Origin: Candidatus Melainabacteria bacterium 17Bon1m
GTDB taxonomy: Bacteria; Cyanobacteriota; Vampirovibrionia; Obscuribacterales; Obscuribacteraceae
Direction: 5' to 3'
NCBI GenBank assembly: GCA_032128875.1
Contig: JAVLKG010000002.1
Coordinates: 1,024,001 to 1,088,000, forward strand
DNA: 64,000 nucleotides
Shown here: positions 1 through 9,013 of the stretch, piece after piece
Numbering within the stretch: position 1 is the first letter of the stretch
Layout of the letters: each line of letters opens with the position of its first letter
Notes under the pieces: model-generated
What the model was told of the DNA's origin: nothing
Seen by the model: only the letters and a program-made list of their open reading frames with translations
Databases searched by the model: none
Program-made: the position numbers and the translations under genes

Positions 1-616
1 TCCAAAAGGCACACGGATGTGGTTCGTCAACGAGTCTTCTGAAAATTCATTCAACGGTATGTGGGCAACCAGTGTTTTAGGTGCTCAATTATTTTCTGGT
101 CGCACTGCTCTAATTTGCTCAGCCCCCCGTCTGGAAGCCCTTCTTCAGCGACGCCGCACTCCTCGCGCAGCACTCGACGTGAACGCAAGCCTTAGAATGG
201 AAGGCGATGAAAAAAGCTTTCATTTGCGCACACAAGATATTTCGAGCTCCGGCATAGCGCTAGTATCTCAAATTGACTTGCCTGCCGCCGTCGATGTTGG
301 TGAAAGTATCGTCGTTAGTATTGATGCTAAGACAGGTAAGATTGAAGCTACTTGTCGCGTCATCAGAATTGAGAAAAACTGGCTGGCCAATAAGACCGTT
401 CTGGGCGTCGAAATGACCGATATGGATGATGATTCTTCGGAGACTCTTATGAAACTGCTGAATCTACTTGGTCTGGACAATAAGTCTGAAGCCGAGACTC
501 AAACAGCGACCAGTAAACTGTTTGGATGGAAGGGCGAGCAACGCGGTGAAAAAGAAGACCGCAGTTTTATAAGAAAGACAGGAGAGATTTCACCACCGGA
601 TGTTGAACCAAGTTAA
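1..616 (+). CDS. PilZ-domain (YcgR-like) c-di-GMP-binding protein, probably 5'-truncated by the window edge
   Basis: PilZ motifs QRRRTPR and DISSSG; the frame is open back to the window start. Confidence 0.75.
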   Translation, partial: PKGTRMWFVNESSENSFNGMWATSVLGAQLFSGRTALICSAPRLEALLQRRRTPRAALDVNASLRMEGDEKSFHLRTQDISSSGIALVSQIDLPAAVDVGESIVVSIDAKTGKIEATCRVIRIEKNWLANKTVLGVEMTDMDDDSSETLMKLLNLLGLDNKSEAETQTATSKLFGWKGEQRGEKEDRSFIRKTGEISPPDVEPS

Positions 617-620
617 CTCG

Positions 621-1448
621 ATGGAAACAATACAAGCGATAGTTTTAGGCGTTGTTCAGGGACTAACGGAATTCTTACCAATAAGCAGCACGGCTCACTT
701 AAGAGCTGTACCGGCATTGCTAGGTTGGGCCGATCCGGGCGTCGATTTCACAGCTGTTATCCAGCTGGGTTCGGTTTTGGCTCTATTCGCTTATTTTCGA
801 AATGACATCGTGACGCTCGCTGCCGGTTCTTTCCAGGCGCTTAGAAAGGGCGATTTGGAGAGTAAGGAAGCGCGCATCGCAGGCGCGATTATTGTCGGCA
901 CAATTCCGGTTTGCGTAATCGGACTCGCTCTGAAAAACATTCTTGAGCAAAATGGTGGACCTTTGCGAAGCCTTGTCGTAATTGGCACTGCCTCCATTGT
1001 GATGGGGCTGCTGCTGCTGGTTGCAGAGAAGGTAGCCAAACACACTCGCACTCTAGATTCGATTGGTGTCAAAGACGGATTGATAATCGGATTAGGGCAA
1101 GCGATGGCACTGATTCCGGGCTGCTCTCGCAGCGGTTCGACATTGACCGTAGCAATGCTTTCGAATTTGAAACGTGAAGATGCGGCTCGCTTTAGTTTTT
1201 TGCTGGGAATACCGGCCACAACTTTGAGCGGTTTATTTGAACTCAAGCACTTCTTTGAACATGGCTCAACCGAATCAGGAATTACGTCTCTGGTTGTCGG
1301 AACAATTGTCTCAGCAATCGTCAGTTATGCCGCAATTGCCTGGCTGCTCAAATATTTGAGCAACCATTCGACTTGGTTGTTCATTATTTACCGCATCATA
1401 TTTGGTGCAACCTTAATAGGGCTATCATTGGCTAATGTAATTCATTAG
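621..1448 (+). CDS. uppP: Undecaprenyl-diphosphate phosphatase (BacA/UppP)
   Basis: Motifs VQGLTEFLPISSTAH and PGCSRSGST; multiple TM helices; start set at ATG 621. Confidence 0.95.
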   Translation: METIQAIVLGVVQGLTEFLPISSTAHLRAVPALLGWADPGVDFTAVIQLGSVLALFAYFRNDIVTLAAGSFQALRKGDLESKEARIAGAIIVGTIPVCVIGLALKNILEQNGGPLRSLVVIGTASIVMGLLLLVAEKVAKHTRTLDSIGVKDGLIIGLGQAMALIPGCSRSGSTLTVAMLSNLKREDAARFSFLLGIPATTLSGLFELKHFFEHGSTESGITSLVVGTIVSAIVSYAAIAWLLKYLSNHSTWLFIIYRIIFGATLIGLSLANVIH

Positions 1449-1485
1449 TTCAAGTTTCTCTCTTTGTTTTTCGCAAGAAACTTGA

Positions 1486-2664
1486 TTAGCCTCTGATTAG
1501 TCGCTTTAGCAGAGCGCTTAACCGATGTCTCGATTGGTCGCTCTTCGCTTGTTCTCGTTTGACGTCTTCTATACGTTTTTCCAAAACGCGCACCCACGAA
1601 TCAGTAATTCCTTTGTCTTTCGCAGCTTTAACCAGACTGCCGAAACCGCCAATTTGGTGGGCTGATGGAATGTTTAACACAGAAAGTTTTGCGTCAGACA
1701 ATTCAGGAATTGCTTTGGATTGCGGAATGCCGTGAAGCCTCGTGAGCAGAATATCCATGACACACTTCGCGCAGACTCCGCAGTTTTCATCGCGTCTTTC
1801 AGCGCTGAAGCAAATTCTCAAATTGTCATAGCCGTCCGCCCATTCGGTGAGTTGCTTTATTTTTTCAACGCGTTTTACGCTTGCTCCGTCGTGAACAATA
1901 CCAAAACTGCAACTCGATAAAAGATGATCTGTTATCGGGTTCGACCCCCAGGGTAAAACCAGTCCGCCGTATGCGCATCCGCTCGCCACAAGCCCTTCAG
2001 AAAAGTTGTTTTTGAAGAACATCAGTGTTGATGCCAGTCCTGCGATATGCGTGTCGTCCCACTCGATATTCATCGCCTGAAGATTCGTAGACATTGTGAT
2101 CAAATTGATGCCTACTTTGTCGAGGGTCGCTTCGATGGGTTTAATTGCTCTCTCAAAAGCATCAGGTGCAGCCAGAGGAATATCAAACCCGTGCACGAAG
2201 AGGCAGCTTTTTATTTCGCGCTTCCAGGCTTTTGGGCAGGAGCCGAGCGTGTGTCGGAAAATCGTGTGTGTGCTGTCGACGCCACCGCTGAACGCTGCAA
2301 TTGCATTCGAACGTTCAATCGCAACGACTTCTTCAGACTCGCAGTCCGGGGTGATTTCGATCTGTTTGTATCTTTCCGGTCGCCAGACCTGCCAAACAGA
2401 CTGGAATTCACTGAGATTGCGCAGCAATGAAGGTGAAAGGTTGCCGTGGAAGCGGCAATCAAAGCCCGCTTTCATCAAAAGAAAAACGTTTGCTACGGCA
2501 AAAGAGTCTGCAGTGCAAACGGCTAAATGTGCGTATTTGCCAGGAATTTTGAACCAAAGGGTTTGACGTTCTTTATGCGGAGTTTCAATAACAGCGCTGA
2601 AGGTCGTATCTTCATTGAGACAAACCGGTTCTTCAATCCAAATGTGAGTCGTGCTGCTGGACAT
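1486..2664 (-). CDS. Uncharacterised PP-loop (QueC/ExsB-like superfamily) protein with a C-terminal Cys cluster
   Basis: AFSGGVDS PP-loop; C-x9-CGVCAKC. Confidence 0.65.
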   Translation of the reverse strand: MSSSTTHIWIEEPVCLNEDTTFSAVIETPHKERQTLWFKIPGKYAHLAVCTADSFAVANVFLLMKAGFDCRFHGNLSPSLLRNLSEFQSVWQVWRPERYKQIEITPDCESEEVVAIERSNAIAAFSGGVDSTHTIFRHTLGSCPKAWKREIKSCLFVHGFDIPLAAPDAFERAIKPIEATLDKVGINLITMSTNLQAMNIEWDDTHIAGLASTLMFFKNNFSEGLVASGCAYGGLVLPWGSNPITDHLLSSCSFGIVHDGASVKRVEKIKQLTEWADGYDNLRICFSAERRDENCGVCAKCVMDILLTRLHGIPQSKAIPELSDAKLSVLNIPSAHQIGGFGSLVKAAKDKGITDSWVRVLEKRIEDVKREQAKSDQSRHRLSALLKRLIRG

Positions 2665-2902
2665 CAGTGCTTCTGTCTATAAGTTCAGTTCGCCAAAGAT
2701 AAACCAAGTTCGATTTAAGTTACGGTTAACCAAAAATAACCCCCAAAATTGCAAGATTTATCCTCAATAGATCCCTCATGAAGTTAAGATTACCGGAGAG
2801 TCACCGAACGGTAACTTTCATATTGCTTGCGTGTAACTTTCGGCTTGTTCACGGGCATTGCAAGTAAGCAAATTGGTAGATATTAGAAACTGGAGCACAA
2901 TA

Positions 2903-3061
2903 ATGACGAAGAACGAAGTACAAAGTTTTTCCGTTGATGTTAAGGAATCCGAGGCAGTTACACAATTAGAGAAAGTCAAAAACCCAGTCCTGAAGAAGAT
3001 CATCCAACAGGTGCTGGTAGAAGATGAAGCAGGAAGTTCTTTCGGCGAAGGTGGCGCTTAG
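2903..3061 (+). CDS. Putative RiPP precursor peptide (52 aa), triceptide/FxsA-like leader
   Basis: GGAG RBS at 2892-2895, ATG 2903; helical leader NPVLKKIIQQVL; C-terminal AGSSFGEGGA; 63 bp upstream of the rSAM gene. Confidence 0.8.
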   Translation: MTKNEVQSFSVDVKESEAVTQLEKVKNPVLKKIIQQVLVEDEAGSSFGEGGA

Positions 3062-3124
3062 TTTTATCACTAAGGATGGCTGCCAGGTTGTTCGCTTCTT
3101 TTCCGTTGCTCAATCGGAGTTTCA

Positions 3125-4348
3125 ATGAAGTCAGTAATTGAAAACAAGAGAAGTGTGGAAATCAAGAGGCGGCCGATTACCTCTTACGTCCTGAAGATAG
3201 CGAGTCGATGCAATTTGAATTGCAAGTATTGCTATGTTTACAACCTGACGGACAAGACGTATCTGAATCAGCCTGCTGTGATGTCTGATGAAGTGGTGAA
3301 TTCCACTATTCAAAAGGCGCGCAATCATTGCATATCAAATAATCTCACCACTGTGGAATTTATCTTCCATGGTGGTGAGCCTCTTTTGGTTGGCCAAGAA
3401 TTCCTGCGTAGATTCACAGAACAAGCAAAGAAAGTTTTGCTTCCTGAAATTCAGCCTCATTTTTCGATACAAACAAATGGCACTTTACTAACCACTGAAT
3501 GGCTTCATCTTCTGAACGAGCTGAATATCAGCTATGGCATTAGTTTGGACGGCACGCCCGAAGTCAACGATGCCAACCGTGTCGATCATCAAGGCAAAGG
3601 TTCTTACCATCGAGTCAAGGCAGCGCTGGATTTGATTCACTCAGATCCGCAGTTTGAGCCGCGAATGAACGGCATCCTTTCTGTCATAAATATCCATAGC
3701 GATCCGATCGAGATTTACAGACACTTTCGCAGCCTGGGCTTGCGCTCGATTGATCTGCGCTTGCCTGATGCAACACACGATATTCCGCCGCCTGGTGTTG
3801 ACGTAAACGGCACTAATACGCCCTATGCGGACTGGCTGATACCAATCTTCGACGAGTGGTTTGCGCAATCAGAAGCCGAATTCAATGTTCGATTATTCCA
3901 ATATATTATCGGGCTAATTTTCGGATCTCAAAAGTCAACAGTAGATGTCGGTGCAATCAGCTCAAACTTTGCAGTCATCGAAACAGATGGCGGCATCGAA
4001 CCAAGCGGCGCACTGAAAGCCTGTTATGAAGGAATTACCAAAGTCGGCTTGAACGTACTCACCAACGAAGTCGATGAGATCTTCGATATTCCTGTGGTGG
4101 CACTATTTTCTGCTGCGGAAAGTGAATTGCCGGATACCTGCAAGCAGTGCCCCATAGTCAGCGTTTGCGGCGGCGGAAAGCCTCCGCACCGATACAGTGC
4201 AGACAATGGCTTCAACAACCCGTCAGTGTATTGCAGAGACTTGATGAAATTGATTGTGCATATTCAAGAAAAGGTTGTTGCCGAATTGCCTCAAGAACTG
4301 AGACAGCAATTGACTTTGGCCCCGCTGCGAGAATTAGTTGCCGACTGA
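3125..4348 (+). CDS. Radical SAM/SPASM peptide maturase, FxsB-like (cyclophane-forming)
   Basis: LKIASRCNLNCKYCYVY, FHGGEPLL, QTNG, SLDG, and C-terminal CKQCPIVSVCGGGKPPHRY...NPSVYC. Confidence 0.88.
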   Translation: MKSVIENKRSVEIKRRPITSYVLKIASRCNLNCKYCYVYNLTDKTYLNQPAVMSDEVVNSTIQKARNHCISNNLTTVEFIFHGGEPLLVGQEFLRRFTEQAKKVLLPEIQPHFSIQTNGTLLTTEWLHLLNELNISYGISLDGTPEVNDANRVDHQGKGSYHRVKAALDLIHSDPQFEPRMNGILSVINIHSDPIEIYRHFRSLGLRSIDLRLPDATHDIPPPGVDVNGTNTPYADWLIPIFDEWFAQSEAEFNVRLFQYIIGLIFGSQKSTVDVGAISSNFAVIETDGGIEPSGALKACYEGITKVGLNVLTNEVDEIFDIPVVALFSAAESELPDTCKQCPIVSVCGGGKPPHRYSADNGFNNPSVYCRDLMKLIVHIQEKVVAELPQELRQQLTLAPLRELVAD

Positions 4349-4876
4349 GTTTGCATCGGTCTTAGTATCTGTGCTCGTCACGCCTGCATTTTTTGAAAAA
4401 TGTTTTTTCAGTTTGGGAAACAATGCGAGTGCAATTGTGCCAGTAATTGGCATGATCGGAATCCACTGGCTGACAGGGGCAAAGGGGTCTAGTATGCCGG
4501 TTGTGTAGCTCAGCGCTTTGAAGTTGGTAGCAACCAATTTGCCTAACGGTGTGTAGGCGATGAGCAAACCGATGACGCCGCCGGCGGTGTAAACAAGAAT
4601 GCGAGGCCAAAACTCTTTGCCGAGCTTGCGCGTTAGTTGAAACACGTTCAAAATCGTCGCGCCCCACATCGCTCCCATAGGGACGCCAACAAAAAGCCCC
4701 CAGAAAATCCCCACCATGCCGTTGATCAAAAAACCTAACTTTTGATGGGTGATGCTCATGACGATGCCATTCACAAGAGCCGCCGCTACTAAGCTCACGC
4801 ACCCTGCAGCGGCGCCAAAAATTGCGCTCTCCAAAAGATGTTCTCTTACCTTTTCAAAGGATTGTAAGAGCGGCAT
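4334..4876 (-). CDS. Hypothetical membrane protein (about 4 TM segments)
   Basis: 180-aa ORF with Gly-rich hydrophobic segments; follows the kinase gene on the same strand. Confidence 0.65.
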   Translation of the reverse strand: MPLLQSFEKVREHLLESAIFGAAAGCVSLVAAALVNGIVMSITHQKLGFLINGMVGIFWGLFVGVPMGAMWGATILNVFQLTRKLGKEFWPRILVYTAGGVIGLLIAYTPLGKLVATNFKALSYTTGILDPFAPVSQWIPIMPITGTIALALFPKLKKHFSKNAGVTSTDTKTDANSVGN

Positions 4877-4912
4877 TTTTGATTCTCGGACCTATCTGTG
4901 GTGATTGTGTAA

Positions 4913-6253
4913 CTAGTGATTGTCTGTCGACTTGAAGATGGGAAAGCCGAAAGGCGATTTCTTTGAGTCTTCCTCAAGTGGCGCCAGCCCTTCTGGATCT
5001 GTAAGCTGCGCTTCTGAATCTTCTTGGAAGAGGACGTCTGGCTCTTTCACTTTATTTGGTTCACTTCCCGGGACGGGACTGACTTGCGGCAGTGGTATCG
5101 GTGAAACGTTGGGAGTGCCAGTTTCCGACGGTGTTGCGGCAACCTTCGGCGGCTCCTCTGTCTTTTTCTTGCTTTCGTCTTCCATATGCTGACGCAGAAT
5201 GTCGAGCTGTTTTTTTACTTGGTCTTCTCGATTGCGAGTCTCAGTCAATTGCTGTTGCAGAGAATCGACTTTCTTTGCTGTGGTGCTTGCGATTTGACCA
5301 TCCTGCTTGGGCAGCATAGCGCTGTGCCAGCCGACATACAAAATCGCAAATGCAAGAGCGACAACCGAAACCCCGATGATACCGCCCCAGAGCCAATTCC
5401 CCTGAGGCAATCCACGTTTGACTTCAGGTTGATACTCCAATTCCTCCAGCATCTCCAGAGCATTCTGAAAACGCAGCCAGGGATCTTGCGCGGTGGCACG
5501 CTGGACGATGTAGTCGATATGCTCGGAAAGGCTGTCGATATGTTTGCGCGGCGATGATGTTTGTAGAGCAAGAGGCTCTTGTCCTGTGAGCAAAAAGGAC
5601 ATGGTGGCGCCCAAAGCATAAACGTCTGAGCGAGGCTCTGCGGCACCCCAGTATTGCTCCGGAGGTGAATATCCTGCAGACACAACGTGTGTGTTGTCCG
5701 AGTCGTCTCTGTATTGGCGCGCGATTCCGAAGTCGACCAGCTTAACGCGACCAAGCGTATCGATCATGACGTTGCTCGGCTTCAAATCTCGATAGATAAC
5801 AGGAGGATCGTGCGTATGCAGATAATTCAGCACTTTGCAGATTTGCACCGACCATTCCAGAACTTGTTCTTCAGCAAAGGGCTCGCCGCGCTCGTGCAGC
5901 ATCTCGTGAAGATTCTTACCTTCTACGTACTCCATAAGAATGAAGTAGTCGTTGCCCTCTGGAAAGTGGTCTTTGATATCGACGATGTTGGGATGCTTTA
6001 GATCGCAAAGTACCTCGATTTCGCGCATGAAGAATGCCATCGCCTTTTCTCGATCTTCATCGCGGAAAAAGTCGTCGCGCAGCTTTTTAATAACGTAAGT
6101 ACGCCCGTGCAGGCGGTGATCTCGTGCCAGATACACCGTGCCCATCCCGCCTTGGCCAAGCTGGTCAATGATCTCGTAGCGCCCTTGTAAAACGAGCGCT
6201 TGCGAATTTTGATGCCCCTGATGAGGCGGTCTTTGGTAAGGCGATTCCGTCAT
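4913..6253 (-). CDS. Membrane Ser/Thr protein kinase (Hanks type)
   Basis: LGQGGMGTVY, YRDLKPSN, DFG, GYSPPEQ; TM helix then a coiled-coil and Pro-rich tail. Confidence 0.93.
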   Translation of the reverse strand: MTESPYQRPPHQGHQNSQALVLQGRYEIIDQLGQGGMGTVYLARDHRLHGRTYVIKKLRDDFFRDEDREKAMAFFMREIEVLCDLKHPNIVDIKDHFPEGNDYFILMEYVEGKNLHEMLHERGEPFAEEQVLEWSVQICKVLNYLHTHDPPVIYRDLKPSNVMIDTLGRVKLVDFGIARQYRDDSDNTHVVSAGYSPPEQYWGAAEPRSDVYALGATMSFLLTGQEPLALQTSSPRKHIDSLSEHIDYIVQRATAQDPWLRFQNALEMLEELEYQPEVKRGLPQGNWLWGGIIGVSVVALAFAILYVGWHSAMLPKQDGQIASTTAKKVDSLQQQLTETRNREDQVKKQLDILRQHMEDESKKKTEEPPKVAATPSETGTPNVSPIPLPQVSPVPGSEPNKVKEPDVLFQEDSEAQLTDPEGLAPLEEDSKKSPFGFPIFKSTDNH

Positions 6254-6483
6254 GCTTCTGAACAGTAAGCGCGTTAAATAATAGAGACTCCGGCTTTCCT
6301 AGTTCGTTCGTGTCATCGGACCCGACAGCCCTAATTAGCCAACATCAGTATAACAATAGTTAAGCCATCTGAATCGCCCATTATTTCCGAATCTTGGCAG
6401 TTGGCAAGAGAAGGCTTTTGGTAGCGGTCGGTAGTGCTCTGTCCTAATGAACGGTTCAAGCGTCCAGTTTGCAAAAGACAGGC

Positions 6484-7323
6484 TCAGTCCAGGATCGAAT
6501 GCTTTACGAGTTGCTCATTGAAAAGAGAAAGACCGGCCAGGTGCTCTTCTTCCAGGCAATAGTCAAGTTCTTCCAGGAAATATCTTTGTAAGCGCTCACG
6601 GCTTAGGGAAGTGCGCTTCTCTGCTTGCTTTAAAACCTCGCTGAAGAGAGGTCCAAGACCGAGGTCTCTTGCAGTTTGCAGTTCGCGGCTCAAATGTTCA
6701 AAAGCTTCTGTATTGCCGTCACGCCAGGTTTTTCTGGCTGCCCAGACTCCAAAAACCATTGGCACTTTGAAATTGGTCGACCACCATTGACCGAGGTCGA
6801 TGCGCTCAGCGTTTTTCGACCACTCGGCATCGACAGTCAAAGCCCGATCGCCAATGACAAGCGCGGCGTCGTATGTTTTTTCCTTGAAGTCCGGCTTAGC
6901 GCTCGTAAAAATTTCAGCTTTCACCGAGTGAACAATTGCCAGGTAAAGTTTCAACAGAGCAACAGAAGTAGCAGAGGAAGCCGGCACCACTATGCGGCAT
7001 CCAGTTTCGATCTGGTCTTTTGCAAAGAAAAGAACCGAGCCGACTTCCGCCTTTGTCGAAATCGAAAGACCAGGCAACAGGACCAGATCATCAATGTTTG
7101 AAAGGTAGTAAAAAGAGCTCATCGCTCCCAGGTCCAGTGCTCCGCTTGAATAACCAGCGTTGAGGTTGGCAGGAGTGTCTTCGGTAATGTCAGCGTCGAT
7201 TTGCACTTGCCCGGATGTCAAAGGAAGGAGCACCGGCAAGCAATTAACGAAGTTGATTTGTCCGAGGCGCGGGCGAATCTCTTTGATTTCGTTTTTGTTT
7301 TCGGGCTGACTAAGTAGCGGCAA
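6484..7323 (-). CDS. mqnA: Chorismate dehydratase MqnA (futalosine menaquinone pathway)
   Basis: RLGQINFVNCLP, SATSVALL, AALVIGDRAL, DLGQWW...PMVFGVW. Confidence 0.88.
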   Translation of the reverse strand: MPLLSQPENKNEIKEIRPRLGQINFVNCLPVLLPLTSGQVQIDADITEDTPANLNAGYSSGALDLGAMSSFYYLSNIDDLVLLPGLSISTKAEVGSVLFFAKDQIETGCRIVVPASSATSVALLKLYLAIVHSVKAEIFTSAKPDFKEKTYDAALVIGDRALTVDAEWSKNAERIDLGQWWSTNFKVPMVFGVWAARKTWRDGNTEAFEHLSRELQTARDLGLGPLFSEVLKQAEKRTSLSRERLQRYFLEELDYCLEEEHLAGLSLFNEQLVKHSILD

Positions 7324-7452
7324 ACCAAGGACCTCCAGCGGGCGGACAAAAGCATAGCAAAAGCCGCGCCTGAGATACCCGGCTTACCGTCTAACCTGGC
7401 TAATCTGTAAAAGAATGAGATTCTCGCCGGACAAAATAGTGTCGTAAAAAGC

Positions 7453-7475
7453 AAAAAACTCGCGCCGAACGCGAG
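7453..7475 (-). terminator. Rho-independent terminator
   Basis: Minus strand CTCGCG-TTCGG-CGCGAG followed by T6. Confidence 0.7.
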
Positions 7476-7544
7476 CGAAATACGCACAAGAAGAAGATGG
7501 GACCCGGCCGTGAGTAAATATTGTTTTTCATAGGCCGGGGTCCC
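7453..7544 (-). ncRNA. Candidate ~90-nt small RNA, or attenuated leader of mqnA
   Basis: Promoter-like TTGACG-N16-CATAAT just upstream; 5' GC-rich hairpin at 7499-7544; CU-rich linker; terminator. Confidence 0.45.
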
Positions 7545-7551
7545 TATGACC

Positions 7552-7579
7552 ATTATGCAGAAGATTTGCGGGTCGTCAA
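7552..7579 (-). promoter_or_regulatory. Sigma70-like promoter
   Basis: Minus strand TTGACG-N16-CATAAT. Confidence 0.5.
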
Positions 7580-7688
7580 GAGGTGTGGCAAAATTTCTTG
7601 CTTGTGAATTTCGCAGGACAAATTTACAAGGCAGGGAAAGAAGGCACGTTCCCGCTACAATTCAAATCCGTCTTGTAGGAGAGTGCTC

Positions 7689-8999
7689 GTGAGAATGGTC
7701 GATGTAATCCTGGCGAAACGCTCAGGAAAAGAACATACAAAACAAGAAATCGACTTTATCCTGAACGGGATTATGACCGGCTCCATCCCGGACTATCAGC
7801 TTTCCGCATGGCTAATGGCCGTGTGTTGGCAGGGCATGACGCTCGAGGAAACGGCACATCTCACCGACGGCATGTGCAAATCAGGTGAAGTTCTCGACCT
7901 TTCATCAATCGGTCCTCTGGTGGCAGACAAGCATTCCACCGGCGGAGTGGGCGATAAAACCACTCTGGTTTTCGTCCCTCTTATGGCCGCAGCCGGACTG
8001 CCAATGGCTAAGTTGTCCGGTCGAGGCCTCGGACACACTGGTGGCACCATCGATAAATTGGAAGCAATACCAGGATTCAAAACAGACATTTCAATCGAAC
8101 ATTTCATCCAGCAGGTAAAAGACATCGGCATGGCAATTGCCGGTCAGACCCAAGAATTGGCGCCGGCTGACGGAAAGATTTATGCGTTGCGCGATGTGAC
8201 CGGCACGGTCGAGTCCGTACCGCTGATTGCCGCATCTATTGTTTCCAAAAAAGCCGCAGCAGGCACCAACCTCATCATCCTTGATGTGAAGTGTGGCCGT
8301 GGTGCCTTTATGGAAACCGAGGAGCAGGCACAAAATCTGGCACGCGTTATGGTCGAAGTCGGTAAGCTCATCAAACGCCCAATTACTGCTGTCGTGACAA
8401 ATATGGAGCAGCCGTTGGGAATGGCGGTGGGTCACACACTTGAAGTTATTGAGGCTGTTGCGACCTTGCAAGGTAAAGGACCTGGGGACTTGCATGAGCT
8501 CACGCTTGCACTCGGCTCTCTGGCGCTTGTAAAAGCAGGCAAAGCAAAAGACGAGGAAGCTGCCCGCCGCAAGTTGATTCAACTCATGGAAAGCGGCGCG
8601 GCACTTGATCACTTTAGAAAGTTGATTGTCGCGCAGGGTGGCAACCCCGAGATAATTGAAAAGCCTGAGCTGATGCCTACTGCAAAACACGAGTTCGATC
8701 TTTTACTGCCCGGCACCGGACAGAAATGGATCAAGCATATCGATGGAAGAAAGGTCGCCGAAGCCTGCAAAATTTTGGGCGCCGGCCGCACCAAGAAAGG
8801 CGATCCCATTAACCTCGCTGTCGGTGTAGTGTTGACCGGTAAAGTCGGCTCTGTAATCAGAGGCGGCGATGCGTTAGCCACTGTGTACGCCGACTCGGAA
8901 GGCGAATATGATGCTGCTCTGCCGCTATTGAATGAGGCATTTACCTTCAGCGATTCGCCTGTGGCAATGGAGCAAATCATCAAAGCAAGTGTTGCCTAG
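7689..8999 (+). CDS. pdp: Pyrimidine-nucleoside/thymidine phosphorylase
   Basis: DKHSTGGVGDK, SGRGLGHTGGTIDKLE, LRDVTGTV; AGGAG RBS. Confidence 0.95.
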   Translation: MRMVDVILAKRSGKEHTKQEIDFILNGIMTGSIPDYQLSAWLMAVCWQGMTLEETAHLTDGMCKSGEVLDLSSIGPLVADKHSTGGVGDKTTLVFVPLMAAAGLPMAKLSGRGLGHTGGTIDKLEAIPGFKTDISIEHFIQQVKDIGMAIAGQTQELAPADGKIYALRDVTGTVESVPLIAASIVSKKAAAGTNLIILDVKCGRGAFMETEEQAQNLARVMVEVGKLIKRPITAVVTNMEQPLGMAVGHTLEVIEAVATLQGKGPGDLHELTLALGSLALVKAGKAKDEEAARRKLIQLMESGAALDHFRKLIVAQGGNPEIIEKPELMPTAKHEFDLLLPGTGQKWIKHIDGRKVAEACKILGAGRTKKGDPINLAVGVVLTGKVGSVIRGGDALATVYADSEGEYDAALPLLNEAFTFSDSPVAMEQIIKASVA

Positions 9000-9013
9000 A
9001 CTACTGACGTCGC

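Noticed and set aside
2858-2902. Longer 67-aa version of the precursor ORF starting at TTG 2858
   Set aside because: The GGAG RBS is correctly spaced for ATG 2903; the extension has no RBS.
3125-4348. Anaerobic sulfatase maturase or PqqE assignment
   Set aside because: No sulfatase or pqq genes are nearby; the motifs and the adjacent peptide fit an FxsB-like maturase better.
7218-7553. 111-aa minus-strand ORF
   Set aside because: It overlaps mqnA in another frame, starts inside the -10 box and runs through a terminator.
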